DNA of 62,706 bases, filler included. It is 4 parts of 4 records of this genome, joined end to end, with 100 filler letters (N's around TTAATTAATTAA, not from the genome) between each part and the next. Parts side by side here need not be neighbours in the genome. Positions count along the whole stretch, not along the records: positions 14,562 to 45,067 come from DRR723986_11681; 3 more parts are not named here. The stretch is one strand, 5' to 3'. Of this stretch, positions 19,404 to 29,765 are shown piece after piece. Made by a program: the position numbers and the translations under genes. Within the stretch, counting starts at the first letter, position 1, and every line of letters begins with the position of its first letter. A model generated the notes under the pieces. That model did no database searches. It was not told where the DNA came from and saw only the letters and a program-made list of their open reading frames with translations.

Positions 19404-20375
19404 ATGGAAACCCGCGCGTCATATGCATTAGTTGGCGGTTTTGTTCTGACTTTTTTGGTAGGCCTTGTAGCTTTTGCTATCTGGATTGCCAAGGTTGATC
19501 TGGATGCAGAGTACCGGGATTATGACGTCTATTTTGAGGGTACTGTCAGCGGCTTGCTGAAACGCAGCATTGTTTATTATTCGGGCATACCCGTTGGTGA
19601 TGTCCGTGATATAACGCTCGCTCCTAATGACCCTAGCAAAGTACGAGTTTGGATCAGATTACGCGCTGAAGTGCCGGTGAGCGACGAATCCATTGCCCAA
19701 TTGGAATTTCAGGGGTTAACAGGCGTGGCGTATATTGAACTTTCTGGCGGATCGCCGGACGCGCCGCCGCTTTTGCCGCACCCCGGGCAGGAACGCCCTA
19801 TTATTAAGTCAGAGCCGTCGCCGATTTTAGAAATATTCCAAAGCGCACCCAATCTGGTGAATGAAGCAATTATAGCGGTTGGCCAGCTGCAAAAGCTATT
19901 GAGCGATGAAAATGTTGCCAGCGTGTCCGGAGTGCTGCGCAATAGTGACCGCCTGACCAGGAACCTAGCCGATGGCACTGAACAGCTACCGGCCATTGTG
20001 GCTGATGTCAGGGAAATACTCACCCAAACCAAAGCGGCTACCGAGAAAATAAACACGCTGGTTGAAAATGGAAACACCCTGCTGGAAGGGGACGCCAAAA
20101 CCCTTGTGACCGAGGCCATTACCACAATGCAAACGGCAAATACATTGCTGGCGCGTGTTGACAATATGGTCGTCGCGAACGAAGGCGCGGTTACTCAATT
20201 TGTCAATACCAGCCTGCCTGAGGTATCTCGGATGATTCTTGATCTGCGCGTAACCGCGAGAAACTTGTCACGCTTGATGAGCCGCATTGAGCAAAACCCG
20301 ACCGAGATTATTTTTGGCACTAAAGAAACAGAATATGATCTAAAAAAACGCAGCACCGTTAAGGATGGCAATTGA
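19404..20375 (+). CDS. mlaD: MlaD/MCE family protein with helical extension
   Basis: METRASY N-terminus, TM anchor, MCE motifs GIPVGDV and QGLTG. Confidence 0.9.
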   Translation: METRASYALVGGFVLTFLVGLVAFAIWIAKVDLDAEYRDYDVYFEGTVSGLLKRSIVYYSGIPVGDVRDITLAPNDPSKVRVWIRLRAEVPVSDESIAQLEFQGLTGVAYIELSGGSPDAPPLLPHPGQERPIIKSEPSPILEIFQSAPNLVNEAIIAVGQLQKLLSDENVASVSGVLRNSDRLTRNLADGTEQLPAIVADVREILTQTKAATEKINTLVENGNTLLEGDAKTLVTEAITTMQTANTLLARVDNMVVANEGAVTQFVNTSLPEVSRMILDLRVTARNLSRLMSRIEQNPTEIIFGTKETEYDLKKRSTVKDGN

Positions 20376-21043
20376 TGGAAAACCAAGCTGACAAATTAAG
20401 CAATGTATGCCGCGCTTTGGCATGTGGTTTTCTCGGCTCTGTTATGCTGGCCGGTTGTGGCCCTATCATCTCTTTCGGTGATGATGGCCCTGCCGACAAT
20501 GTCTATAGCTTGAAATATGCTGAAGCAAACACCAATACCAGCGATATGGCCACGATCATTTATGTGGAAGAACCTCTCATGAGTGATGGGCTGGGCGGTG
20601 TGAATATTGCCGTTGCGCTTGAAAACAGACAACGCACCATCTTGCAAGGCGTGCAATGGTCGGCAAGTTCCACCGATTTGATTCGAGATTATTTTATTCG
20701 CGCCATAGGCAGCAATTCAGGCACGCGGCTTTTGGGGCAGGGTGCCATTGATGTGCAGGCCGGATGCAGGCTGGGCATTAAGGTTTGGGCGTTTGAATTC
20801 GTTCCCGGTGCTACGGCTCGTGATGATCGTGTAGACATTGAGGTAGAGTTTATTTTGATCAGATATAGTGATAACCGGTTGATTGGTCAGCCTACTTTCT
20901 CAACTGCTCAGCAAGTTAGCGTGTCAGACGGTGAAAATATCGTTGAGGCTTTCCATCAGGGTATGTCCTCCATCAGTCAGGACGCAAGCGCATGGCTTGG
21001 CCCGGTTGCGTCTCAGTGTGCCTTGACACCTGCGGCACAGTAA
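20375..21043 (+). CDS. ABC-type transport auxiliary lipoprotein (PqiC-like)
   Basis: Lipobox LAGC; last gene of the mlaEFD operon, translationally coupled. Confidence 0.75.
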   Translation: MENQADKLSNVCRALACGFLGSVMLAGCGPIISFGDDGPADNVYSLKYAEANTNTSDMATIIYVEEPLMSDGLGGVNIAVALENRQRTILQGVQWSASSTDLIRDYFIRAIGSNSGTRLLGQGAIDVQAGCRLGIKVWAFEFVPGATARDDRVDIEVEFILIRYSDNRLIGQPTFSTAQQVSVSDGENIVEAFHQGMSSISQDASAWLGPVASQCALTPAAQ

Positions 21044-21079
21044 ACTTCTAAAACTGCGGGCTTTAAAACGGTTATAGCT

Positions 21080-22312
21080 TTATTGCTGAGACGCTCTAGT
21101 GCGCCTGAAGGGCCGTTGTCGGTTTTCATACCATGACCATGCAAAAATAACGACACCAATTACGGCGACAAAAACAAAGGGTGCCCCCGGCATTGCTTTG
21201 CTGAAGAATAGCGCTGCAGCAATCGGCCCGGCAATTCTTCCAATCGCAGAAAACCCATTGGAAAGGCCCAGGGCTGCCCCTTGAACGCGCCGGTCTGTGC
21301 TGCGTGAGAGCAGGCTGTTGAGTGCAGGGTAACTAATGGTTAAAGCACCGAGTACCAGCGGAAAGCCTATGGCGGCCGTTATAGGGCTTTCGGGCCCGAA
21401 AATAATGATTAAACAGCCCACCACATGAAACACAGAACTTAGTTGCAATGACCGGATCTCGCCGATTACGCGAAATAACGGGTCTACCGCCCAAATCTGG
21501 ACAATAAAGATAAAACCGCCGCTTCCCATAAGCAGATAACCCACTTCAAGTGCTGTCCAGCCTAGCACGCTCTCGGCCCAAAACGGTGCAATGGAAAAAC
21601 TAATGCTTTGGCCAACCGCCGTTACAATAAACATGATGAAAAGCGATAGCCGGTTGGGGCCTAAAATGATTGAGCGCCAGTGCGAATCTGGTAAGGGCGA
21701 TTCTGGTTGCTTGGTGTTTTCTATCGCTTTGCCGTCATTGGGTGTGTTGGATACTGAGGGCACACTATTGGGGTTTGTCTCCGGCACATAAATTGCGGTT
21801 AATATCATTGCTGTAAGGGATAGCCCGCAGGCCACCATGCCTGGCAGGAAAACACTGGTGTCGCCGCCGATTGTACTGAGAAACCCGCCAATGCCGGGTC
21901 CAAAGGCAAAGCCAAGGCCAAAGGCTGCGCCAATTTTTGCTAGGGCTTTGCCGCGGCTGGCATCATCGCTCATGTCTGCCATTGCAGCCATGACAATACC
22001 AACATTGCCGGTCATGGCACCAGACATGGCGCGCGCAAAGAAAACCATCCATAAACTGGTGGAGAATGCTAGCAACAGGTAGGCAAGGGCCGCCCCAAAG
22101 AATGTGATCGCTAGGGCAGGCTTGCGGCCAATACGGTCAGAAACTTTACCCCACATGGGACCAAAGACAAAAGCTGCAAGCGCGTATACTGATACAAGAG
22201 CCGTGCCTGTCAGGGTGTCGCCGCCATACGCATTGGTTAGGAACGGCAGAATAGGCACAATCATGCCAAAGCCGACCAAATCAATGAAAATTGCCAAAAG
22301 TATAACGGGCAT
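21080..22312 (-). CDS. MFS transporter (TetA/DHA1-like)
   Basis: IDLVGFGMIVPILP, motif A GKVSDRIGRK, GLGFAFGP; ATG 22312. Confidence 0.9.
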   Translation of the reverse strand: MPVILLAIFIDLVGFGMIVPILPFLTNAYGGDTLTGTALVSVYALAAFVFGPMWGKVSDRIGRKPALAITFFGAALAYLLLAFSTSLWMVFFARAMSGAMTGNVGIVMAAMADMSDDASRGKALAKIGAAFGLGFAFGPGIGGFLSTIGGDTSVFLPGMVACGLSLTAMILTAIYVPETNPNSVPSVSNTPNDGKAIENTKQPESPLPDSHWRSIILGPNRLSLFIMFIVTAVGQSISFSIAPFWAESVLGWTALEVGYLLMGSGGFIFIVQIWAVDPLFRVIGEIRSLQLSSVFHVVGCLIIIFGPESPITAAIGFPLVLGALTISYPALNSLLSRSTDRRVQGAALGLSNGFSAIGRIAGPIAAALFFSKAMPGAPFVFVAVIGVVIFAWSWYENRQRPFRRTRASQQ

Positions 22313-22450
22313 GTGCCGTTTCTTCCCTGAAATAAATGAACACGGGCAGTGCGCAGCGAGCTGTCTCGCGCTTGGTGATAGACCGGATATAGTGTTAAAC
22401 ACAGAAAAGTAATACAGATTAATGCTTATTTTTTCGTGGAAAGGAAGAGC

Positions 22451-23263
22451 GTGCGACCTGACGTATTGTCAATGCACCGATTTTACCAAAGCCCGGTTGG
22501 TGCTTCGGTAAGCCAGCTTATCCACCAGTGTATCCACCCTATGTGGAAAGCGCCGGCAGCAAGTTTGTATGGTTTAGGCTATGCCCTGCCTTATCTTGAC
22601 CTATCGTTTGCACCACAAAATTTGGCCCAACAAACTCCGCCAGCGCATGCGTGTTTTGCGCTAATGCCTGCCGCTCAGGGTGTTTGCCATTGGCCTTCCA
22701 TCAAAGACAGCGCCACAGCACTGGTTGATGACTATCATTTGCCCGTAGCGGATTCGTCCGTAGAAAGATTGTTGCTGGTGCATGCACTTGAGCATACCGA
22801 CCGTCCGGCGCATTTGTTCCGTGAAATATGGCGGGTTTTGGCACCGGGCGGGCAGGTTATTGCCGTAGTGCCTAATCGCCGTAGAACTTGGTCTGCGCTG
22901 GATTCAACGCCTTTTGGCCATGGGCGGCCCTATTCCCGTTCGCAGTTATCAACATTGATGCAAGACCAAATGCTGCCGATGGAAAAGTGGGACACGGCGC
23001 TTATGGTGCCGCCATTAAAGTTGCCGGGCGCATCGCGCATGATGAAGATGATGGAGCGAAGCTTACATTCTGTCGGTAAAAATATGGGTGGTGCGCTTAT
23101 CGTTTCGGCTGAAAAGCAGGTTTATGGTGCTTTATCAGAATCAAAGGGCCGTGCTTCTCAGCAAAAAGGCAAAGCGCAAGTAAAACCTGTCTACACGGGG
23201 CTACCGCTAAACCGAGGCGATCAGGCAACAATTTCATCTAAACTGGATGAAAAGACCAAATAG
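22451..23263 (+). CDS. class I SAM-dependent methyltransferase (YafS-like)
   Basis: GLGYALPY, LVHALE, REIWRVLAPGG, TPFGHGRPYS. Confidence 0.85.
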   Translation: MRPDVLSMHRFYQSPVGASVSQLIHQCIHPMWKAPAASLYGLGYALPYLDLSFAPQNLAQQTPPAHACFALMPAAQGVCHWPSIKDSATALVDDYHLPVADSSVERLLLVHALEHTDRPAHLFREIWRVLAPGGQVIAVVPNRRRTWSALDSTPFGHGRPYSRSQLSTLMQDQMLPMEKWDTALMVPPLKLPGASRMMKMMERSLHSVGKNMGGALIVSAEKQVYGALSESKGRASQQKGKAQVKPVYTGLPLNRGDQATISSKLDEKTK

Positions 23264-23376
23264 TCATTGTTTTATTATGTCGCGATCTATATTTTTCCTT
23301 TTATAAAATTTCAACTTTGATCAATGTGTAACACGCGTATTTACCACGTGAATAACCACGCTAACGGAGACTATTT

Positions 23377-23586
23377 ATGACCGATAAACCTGCTGAATCA
23401 AGCATGGACGAAAGCCAGGAAATGGCAATCAGACAAGTAGCCAATGCCTTGCACCGCCTAAACGATGCTGTTATCGGCGCGGTTAGCAAGGGCGTAACCG
23501 TTGAACTGATGCGCGCGTCTCGCTATCACAATGAAGAAGGCGCATGGGGTGATATGCTGGTGCCGATCATTCACAAGCAGGATTAA
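23377..23586 (+). CDS. small protein resembling the Sinorhizobium SMc00767 acetate-metabolism regulator family
   Basis: AIRQVANALHRLN...GVTVELMR...GAWGD pattern recalled for this family; GGAG RBS. Confidence 0.65.
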   Translation: MTDKPAESSMDESQEMAIRQVANALHRLNDAVIGAVSKGVTVELMRASRYHNEEGAWGDMLVPIIHKQD

Positions 23587-23628
23587 TCTCCTGGCAAAAG
23601 CCGGGACCAAACCCTGAAAGAGCGTTAG

Positions 23629-24129
23629 ATGGCCCATATTCCTACACCTAAATTAGCAACCGCTGACGTCAGCGATGCCAAAGGGTCGGATGTGTCTATC
23701 GTGCGCCTTGCACTGAATGATTATGGTGGCCGGCGAGACTTCGCTGGCCCCTCCGTTACCATAAGGACTTTAGATGACAATTCTCAGGTAAAAGCGCTCG
23801 TGGCGACCCCCGGCGAAGGCCGTGTAATTGTTATTGACGGCGCTGGCAGCACTCGCACCGCCCTCTTGGGGGGTAATTTGGCCTCCGATGCTGCCCGAAA
23901 TGGCTGGGCCGGTATTGTTATCAACGGTTGTGTGCGAGATTTGCATGAAATTTGCGCCGAAGACATTGGGATTAAGGCTATTGGCACTTGCCCGCGCAAA
24001 AGCGCGAAAGCCGGCTTGGGTGAGGTCGATGTGGAAATTGCCCTCGGCGGTATTGTCATCAAGCCCGGCTACTGGATTATTGCAGATAGCGACGGTGTCA
24101 TTGTCTCTCGCGAACTGCCCTCGCTATAG
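23629..24129 (+). CDS. rraA: RraA/MenG family protein (HMG aldolase / oxaloacetate decarboxylase-like)
   Basis: TADVSD, DDNS, GRVIVIDG, ALLGG, GCVRD, ADSDGV. Confidence 0.88.
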   Translation: MAHIPTPKLATADVSDAKGSDVSIVRLALNDYGGRRDFAGPSVTIRTLDDNSQVKALVATPGEGRVIVIDGAGSTRTALLGGNLASDAARNGWAGIVINGCVRDLHEICAEDIGIKAIGTCPRKSAKAGLGEVDVEIALGGIVIKPGYWIIADSDGVIVSRELPSL

Positions 24130-24157
24130 GGTAGGAATACCCAATAACCGGCCAAAC

Positions 24158-24772
24158 CTAATGATGACTATCCAGCAAAAATAAAGCCTGATCAGCGAAC
24201 CAGTTGGCGCGTTTAAGGCCCATATTCAGGCGGGTGCCGTCCTTCTGGTGGGGTACGAAATCTAAAAGATTGATATTTTCTTCGACAATTAAGTCGTGCA
24301 GGTCGAGGATGGTACAGAAATGGATATTTTCGGTGTTATACCACGTGCGGTGCAGGCTTTTTGTCACGGGCATTCTGCCGCGCCCAATCAAGCTAAAACG
24401 CACTTGCCACTGGCCAAAATTTGGAATGGTGACAATGGCTTTTTTGCCGATGCGCAACAGCTCCAGCAGCACTGTTTTGGGTTGGCGCACGGCCTGTAAT
24501 GTGCGCGATAGAATAACGGTGTCAAAGCTTTGGTCGGGGTATTCGGATAGGTCATTATCCGCATCGCCCTGAATGACGGGTAAACCCCTTGCAACACAAT
24601 GGTTCACGCCAGTTTGGCTGATCTCAATGCCGCGGCCGTCCACCCCTTTGGTTTTGACGAGAAAGTCTAGCAGCTCACCGTCTGCGCAGCCGATATCAAG
24701 CACGCGTGCGCCGGGTTCAACCAGGTCAGCGATAAGCTGCAAGTCAGGGCGTATCTTTGTGGCTTCACTCAT
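24158..24772 (-). CDS. metW: methionine biosynthesis protein MetW
   Basis: RVLDIGC, YPDQSFD, PNFG, NIHFCT; coupled to metX. Confidence 0.93.
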   Translation of the reverse strand: MSEATKIRPDLQLIADLVEPGARVLDIGCADGELLDFLVKTKGVDGRGIEISQTGVNHCVARGLPVIQGDADNDLSEYPDQSFDTVILSRTLQAVRQPKTVLLELLRIGKKAIVTIPNFGQWQVRFSLIGRGRMPVTKSLHRTWYNTENIHFCTILDLHDLIVEENINLLDFVPHQKDGTRLNMGLKRANWFADQALFLLDSHH

Positions 24773-25923
24773 GGGGCCACCCCTTCTTCAGGAGCCAGTC
24801 GAAAAGAGCGCTCAGCGCTGGCCAGAAAACCCTCCAGCATGGCGTCCATTTCCGGATTTTCCAACAGAAATGCATCGTGGCCGTGCGGCGTTTCTATCTC
24901 GGCAAAGCTAACGGGTGCGCCTGCTGCATTCAGCGCGTGCACAATGCGCTTGTTTTCAATGGTTGGATAGAGCCAGTCAGACGTGAAGCTGACAACGCAG
25001 CAACGCACATCGCGTGCGGCAATGAAAGCGTCAGCCAAACGGCCGCTGTACCGGCTTGCAATGTCCAGATAGTCCATCGCGCGGGTGATATAGAGGTAGC
25101 TGTTGGCATCAAACCGGTCAACAAAAGTTGATCCTTGGTGCCGCAGGTAACTTTCAACCTGAAAGTCAGCATCAAACCCAAAGGTTACTTCGTCGCGCTC
25201 TTGCAGGTTGCGGCCAAATTTTCGTGTCAGGGCATCTTCGGAAAGATAGGTAATGTGGGCTGTCATACGCGCAACCGACAGCCCTTTGTCTGGCGGCGTG
25301 TTGCTTCTGTAATAACGGCCTTGCTGCCAGTTGGGGTCTGCCATAACTGCTTGGCGGCCTACTTCGTGAAAGGCAATATTTTGCGCTGTATGCCGCGCTG
25401 CTGAAGCAAGCACAACCGCGCTGTGAAGGCGTTCGGGGTATGTGGTTAACCATTCCAGCACCTGCATACCACCCATGGAACCGCCAAGCACCATCAACAG
25501 TTTCTTGATTTTGAGACTATCCAACAGCGCCGCCTGCACACGGACCATATCGCGTATGGTAATCACGGGAAACTCAATGCCCCAGGGTTCGCCAGTTGCA
25601 GGGTTTATGGTGGACGGCCCTGTGGTGCCCATGCAACTGCCCAGCACGTTGGAGCACACCACGAAATATTTGTCCGTATCAATGAGTTTGCCGGGACCAA
25701 TGATACGTGACCACCAACCGGGTTTATTTGTGACCGGATGTGGACCAGCAGCATATTGGTCGCCGGTGAGCGCGTGGCAAATTAAAATGGCATTGCGGCC
25801 GTCATCTGCCAGCGTGCCATATGTCTCAAAAGCCACCGTTACAGGCGATAGCGCTGCCCCGCCGTCCAGCTTCAGCGGTGCGTCTTCAAACAAGGTAACG
25901 CTGTTGATGTTGCCTGATGTCAC
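24769..25923 (-). CDS. metX: homoserine O-acetyltransferase
   Basis: [28 protein letters not shown]. Confidence 0.95.
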   Translation of the reverse strand: MTSGNINSVTLFEDAPLKLDGGAALSPVTVAFETYGTLADDGRNAILICHALTGDQYAAGPHPVTNKPGWWSRIIGPGKLIDTDKYFVVCSNVLGSCMGTTGPSTINPATGEPWGIEFPVITIRDMVRVQAALLDSLKIKKLLMVLGGSMGGMQVLEWLTTYPERLHSAVVLASAARHTAQNIAFHEVGRQAVMADPNWQQGRYYRSNTPPDKGLSVARMTAHITYLSEDALTRKFGRNLQERDEVTFGFDADFQVESYLRHQGSTFVDRFDANSYLYITRAMDYLDIASRYSGRLADAFIAARDVRCCVVSFTSDWLYPTIENKRIVHALNAAGAPVSFAEIETPHGHDAFLLENPEMDAMLEGFLASAERSFRLAPEEGVAP

Positions 25924-26153
25924 GCCTTAAACTCCGGATACGCTTATCATTGTTTTGCGGTTCTATTGTCCGCTTCAATACCGGCGACAGCAAAGCCTTA
26001 TGGCTGGCACTTGTCAACAGGTACAAACTTTCCTTTGCCTTTACCGGGTTTGCGGTCTAACTGTAGGCGATATTTTTATACAGAATACTGGCTGTATACG
26101 GCTGCCCGGTTAGGTTAGGGCACAGATAGGCCAACCGAGTGCTGGAGAGTGAA

Positions 26154-27272
26154 TTGGCGACTTCAAAAGACATATCAAACGCCTACCCACAAGCTCATGA
26201 CTGGATTACCGGCATGGCACCTTATGTGCCGGGTAAAGCCAAAGTTGATGGTGTCGCCAATCCGGTGAAACTGTCGTCCAACGAATGTGCTTATGGCCCC
26301 AGCCCCGCGGCACTTGAGGCTTTCAGACAGTCTGCAGACAAAATTCTGCGCTACCCTGAGGCGGACTCTGCTGCCCTGCGGCAGGCCATAGCCGGTGTAT
26401 ATAATTTGGATGCAGAGCGTATTATCTGCGGCGCTGGGTCTGATGACATCTTAACGCTACTGATTCATTCCTATACCGGGCCGGGCGATGAAGTAATTTA
26501 TTCGCAACTTGGCTTTATGGTTTACCCGGTTCAAACTGCCGCTGTCGGGGCAACCGGCATTGCTGTGCCTAACAAAAACTGGGCCGCAGATGTGGACGGT
26601 ATTCTGGCGGCGGTCACCAGCGATACCAAGCTTGTTTTCATTGATAACCCCAACAATCCAACTGGGGCCTACTTGCCGTGGCAAGAGATAGAACGCCTGC
26701 ATGCGGGCTTACCTGATAGCGTGATTTTGGTTCTGGACGCAGCCTATGCCGAATGCGTAACCGCTGAAGATTATCAGGCCGGGACGTCCTTGGTGGAGCG
26801 AACCAGCAATGTTGTCATGACCCGGACATTTTCAAAAATGTATGCGCTTGCGGGTTTGCGAGTTGGCTGGGCATATGGCCCCCCTGCAATCCTTGATATT
26901 TTGAACCGGGTGCGCATGCCGTTTAATGTGTGCTTACCCGGACAGCCTGCGGCCATCGCGGCCGTGGAGGACACAGACCATCTTGCTCGCTCGATCGAAT
27001 TTAACCATGAATGGCGCGCTACTATGACAGCGCGGCTCGATGCACTGGGCCTGGATGTGGTTGCCAGCCAAACCAATTTCGTGCTGGTTGGGTTTCCGGA
27101 AGGCCAAACTCACGGCGCCCGTGCTGCCAATGAATTTTTAATGAAAAATGGCTACATTGTGCGGGCCCTGCCTGCGCTGCCAAACCACCTGCGCATTTCA
27201 GTTGGCAAGGCAGAGCAAAATCAGGCGGTTTTGAGCTTGCTGACTGAATTTATGAATGGATCCCCGCAATGA
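26154..27272 (+). CDS. hisC: histidinol-phosphate aminotransferase
   Basis: KLSSNE, NPNNPTG, DAAY and PLP-lysine motif RTFSKMYALAGLRVG; start approximate. Confidence 0.93.
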   Translation: MATSKDISNAYPQAHDWITGMAPYVPGKAKVDGVANPVKLSSNECAYGPSPAALEAFRQSADKILRYPEADSAALRQAIAGVYNLDAERIICGAGSDDILTLLIHSYTGPGDEVIYSQLGFMVYPVQTAAVGATGIAVPNKNWAADVDGILAAVTSDTKLVFIDNPNNPTGAYLPWQEIERLHAGLPDSVILVLDAAYAECVTAEDYQAGTSLVERTSNVVMTRTFSKMYALAGLRVGWAYGPPAILDILNRVRMPFNVCLPGQPAAIAAVEDTDHLARSIEFNHEWRATMTARLDALGLDVVASQTNFVLVGFPEGQTHGARAANEFLMKNGYIVRALPALPNHLRISVGKAEQNQAVLSLLTEFMNGSPQ

Positions 27273-28192
27273 CGAACGCTGCACCCGTGCAAAAGCTAAC
27301 CATCATTGGTGGGGGGTTAATTGGTTCGTCGGTTGCGCGCGCGGCTAAAGCCGCGGAGGCCGCACAAGAGATTGCGCTTGTCGATACAAATAACGAGCAC
27401 CTTGAGAAAGCCCGCGCGCTTAAAATTGCTGACAGCTACCATTCTGCTGCCGCCAGCGGTGTTGAAGGTGCTGATCTGGTTATCATGGCGGTGCCTGTTG
27501 GCGCGATGGCATCCGTTGCAGAAAATGTCGCCGGTAGTTTGCAGGCCGGTGCCATTTTAAGCGATGTGGGCTCGGTTAAAAACAGCGTGCTTAAGTCAGT
27601 GGGGCCCTTGGTGCCAGCGGGCGTGCATTTCATTCCGGGGCATCCGGTGGCGGGTACGGAACAATCTGGCCCCGAAGCCGGTTTTGCCAGCTTGTTTGAT
27701 GGCCGGTGGTGCATTTTAACCCCGCCAGATGGCGCCGATAAAGGCGCAGTTGAAACCCTGTCTGCATTCTGGACCAAGCTGGGCAGCAAAGTTGATATCA
27801 TGACCGCTGACCACCATGACCTGGTGCTGGCGATCACGTCGCATGTGCCGCACTTAATTGCCTATAATATTGTGGGTACTGCCAATGATCTGGAAACGGT
27901 TACGCGTTCAGAAGTAATTAAATATTCTGCGGGCGGCTTTCGCGACTTTACCCGTATTGCTGCGTCTGACCCCACCATGTGGCGGGATGTGTTCTTGAAC
28001 AACAAGGATGCTGTTCTGGAAATGCTGGGCCGGTTTAGCGAAGACCTTACGGCCTTGCAGCGCGCCATTCGTTGGGGTGACGGTGATGCCTTGTTTAATC
28101 TATTCAGTCACACGCGGGAAATTCGCAAACGTATCATCGATGCCGGGCAAGATGACGATGCCCCTGACTTTGGACGCCCGCACGATTCTTGA
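27269..28192 (+). CDS. tyrA: prephenate/arogenate (cyclohexadienyl) dehydrogenase
   Basis: GGGLIG, DVGSVK, GHPVAG, HDLVLAITSHVPH, GGFRDFTRIA. Confidence 0.92.
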   Translation: MTNAAPVQKLTIIGGGLIGSSVARAAKAAEAAQEIALVDTNNEHLEKARALKIADSYHSAAASGVEGADLVIMAVPVGAMASVAENVAGSLQAGAILSDVGSVKNSVLKSVGPLVPAGVHFIPGHPVAGTEQSGPEAGFASLFDGRWCILTPPDGADKGAVETLSAFWTKLGSKVDIMTADHHDLVLAITSHVPHLIAYNIVGTANDLETVTRSEVIKYSAGGFRDFTRIAASDPTMWRDVFLNNKDAVLEMLGRFSEDLTALQRAIRWGDGDALFNLFSHTREIRKRIIDAGQDDDAPDFGRPHDS

Positions 28193-28214
28193 TGTGAACC
28201 TGCTTCAAGCCTTT

Positions 28215-29150
28215 TTATCGATCAATAACACGCGGTAACACCAGTATCTGTTGGCTACCAAGTATGGCGGTGCCATTTTGTAGCATTAGTGCTGTGTCGC
28301 CCGTCGGCGCATTACCCACGGATATGCCGAGGGCCCTCATCGACTTGTTGAACGCCGCCCAATCTGAAACGTTGATAGCAGCGCTGCCGAGCGGCCTAAA
28401 GTTTTCGTCCAGCGTTACATCGCCGTTTGCTGTTACCACTGCACCGCCGCTACTCCATGACAGGGCATCCATTTCAACCAGTCCGCCTTCATCGCGCCAG
28501 TTGGCCAGATATGACTGCGACCAATCTTGAATGCCAGGGCCACTAATGCCGCCTGTAAAATCCAGCGTGCTGGCCCCGCGTTGAGCAAAAAACTTAAATT
28601 CCAAAGTGCGCTTCTCGTATAGTCCGCCCCCATCAACGCTTTCGCTATTGTCTTTGCCGAGCAGCAAGCTCCATGCGTCAAGCGGGGCTACAAAGCCCGG
28701 TGATTGCAGGCGCATGTCATCTGCGCCAGCAGAGTCAATTTTGATAACGGTTTTATCACCGGCATGTAGGCGGTAGCTGGCCTGCACAAAGTCCTCATCA
28801 AAGGCAATTATGCCGCGCCCCAGGCCTGCTGAAAAGCCTTTGGCCTGGGCGACCCAGTGGTCAGGGGTCCAAAGGTGAGAAATAAGTGTAAGATTTTCTG
28901 CACCAATATCCAAACCACGGTTGCGGGTGTGAATGTTTAGGTCCTCCACGTCCAGCACCAACCGATAAGGAAAACCGGACAGGGTTATTTTGCTGTGCTG
29001 CACAGACAACCCCTGGTCCAGCCAGCTGGAAAGTGCTGCTGTCATGGTTTTTTGCATTCGAAACCCAACGGTATACCAAAGGGCAGTATATCCAAGCGCG
29101 AGCAGGACCAGCGTGGTCACAATCGCTCTCAGTTTAAATGCTCCGGACAT
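28215..29150 (-). CDS. DUF2125-like membrane-anchored protein
   Basis: N-terminal TM ending YTALW and a SGFPYR motif; usual position next to tyrA. Confidence 0.7.
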   Translation of the reverse strand: MSGAFKLRAIVTTLVLLALGYTALWYTVGFRMQKTMTAALSSWLDQGLSVQHSKITLSGFPYRLVLDVEDLNIHTRNRGLDIGAENLTLISHLWTPDHWVAQAKGFSAGLGRGIIAFDEDFVQASYRLHAGDKTVIKIDSAGADDMRLQSPGFVAPLDAWSLLLGKDNSESVDGGGLYEKRTLEFKFFAQRGASTLDFTGGISGPGIQDWSQSYLANWRDEGGLVEMDALSWSSGGAVVTANGDVTLDENFRPLGSAAINVSDWAAFNKSMRALGISVGNAPTGDTALMLQNGTAILGSQQILVLPRVIDR

Positions 29151-29191
29151 GGGGTTTCCTCTAATTTCTATAACTTTATTGGCAAGCAGCG

Positions 29192-29758
29192 TTATGCGCG
29201 CAACGTGCTCCGCGTGAATGTAATAATGAATTTGGTATATTCCAAGGCAAGGGATTGTATCGAACTTTCAGCCGCCACAGGGTGCGCTATTATTGTGCAG
29301 TTTGGCAGGGCAGTTTGCAGCAATAGCAGACTTCGACGCATGTGATAGTCGGATGTGACTAGATAAATTGATGTGTATCCATGCCCCGTTACCCATTCAG
29401 CGGAGTGTTCCGCATTGTCGATGGTATTTACAGAAGCCCGGTCCAGGTCCACGCAGCAATCAAATAACTGTTGGGGCGCATTGGTAATTTGCCTCAGGTC
29501 CTTGGTGGCAACCGATGGATGAACACCAGAAATCAGCATGCGTGCGCCTTTTTTTTCTGTCAACAATTTCATGCCCGCTTGCAAGCGGCCATCGTCGCCC
29601 GTTAACACGATAATGCCCCCAGCGGATTTAGCGTTTGATGAAAGGTCAAGCTTTGGCAAGGTTGCAGCAAATAGCACGAAACCAACAATCCAAGCCCCTA
29701 CAGATAAAACTGCCGCTGCAATTAGCATATTGATCAGTGATTTTGCCTTCAGTCCCAT
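29192..29758 (-). CDS. YdcF/ElyC (DUF218) family protein
   Basis: IIVLTG, LISG, NTIDNA, LVTSDYHMRRS, EYTK. Confidence 0.88.
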   Translation of the reverse strand: MGLKAKSLINMLIAAAVLSVGAWIVGFVLFAATLPKLDLSSNAKSAGGIIVLTGDDGRLQAGMKLLTEKKGARMLISGVHPSVATKDLRQITNAPQQLFDCCVDLDRASVNTIDNAEHSAEWVTGHGYTSIYLVTSDYHMRRSLLLLQTALPNCTIIAHPVAAESSIQSLALEYTKFIITFTRSTLRA

Positions 29759-29765
29759 GCGTTAC

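Noticed and set aside
25924-26140. Expected SAM-II/SAM-alpha riboswitch upstream of metX
   Set aside because: No GTGATTT...GCTAAA pseudoknot consensus on the minus strand; only a TTGACA promoter-like element
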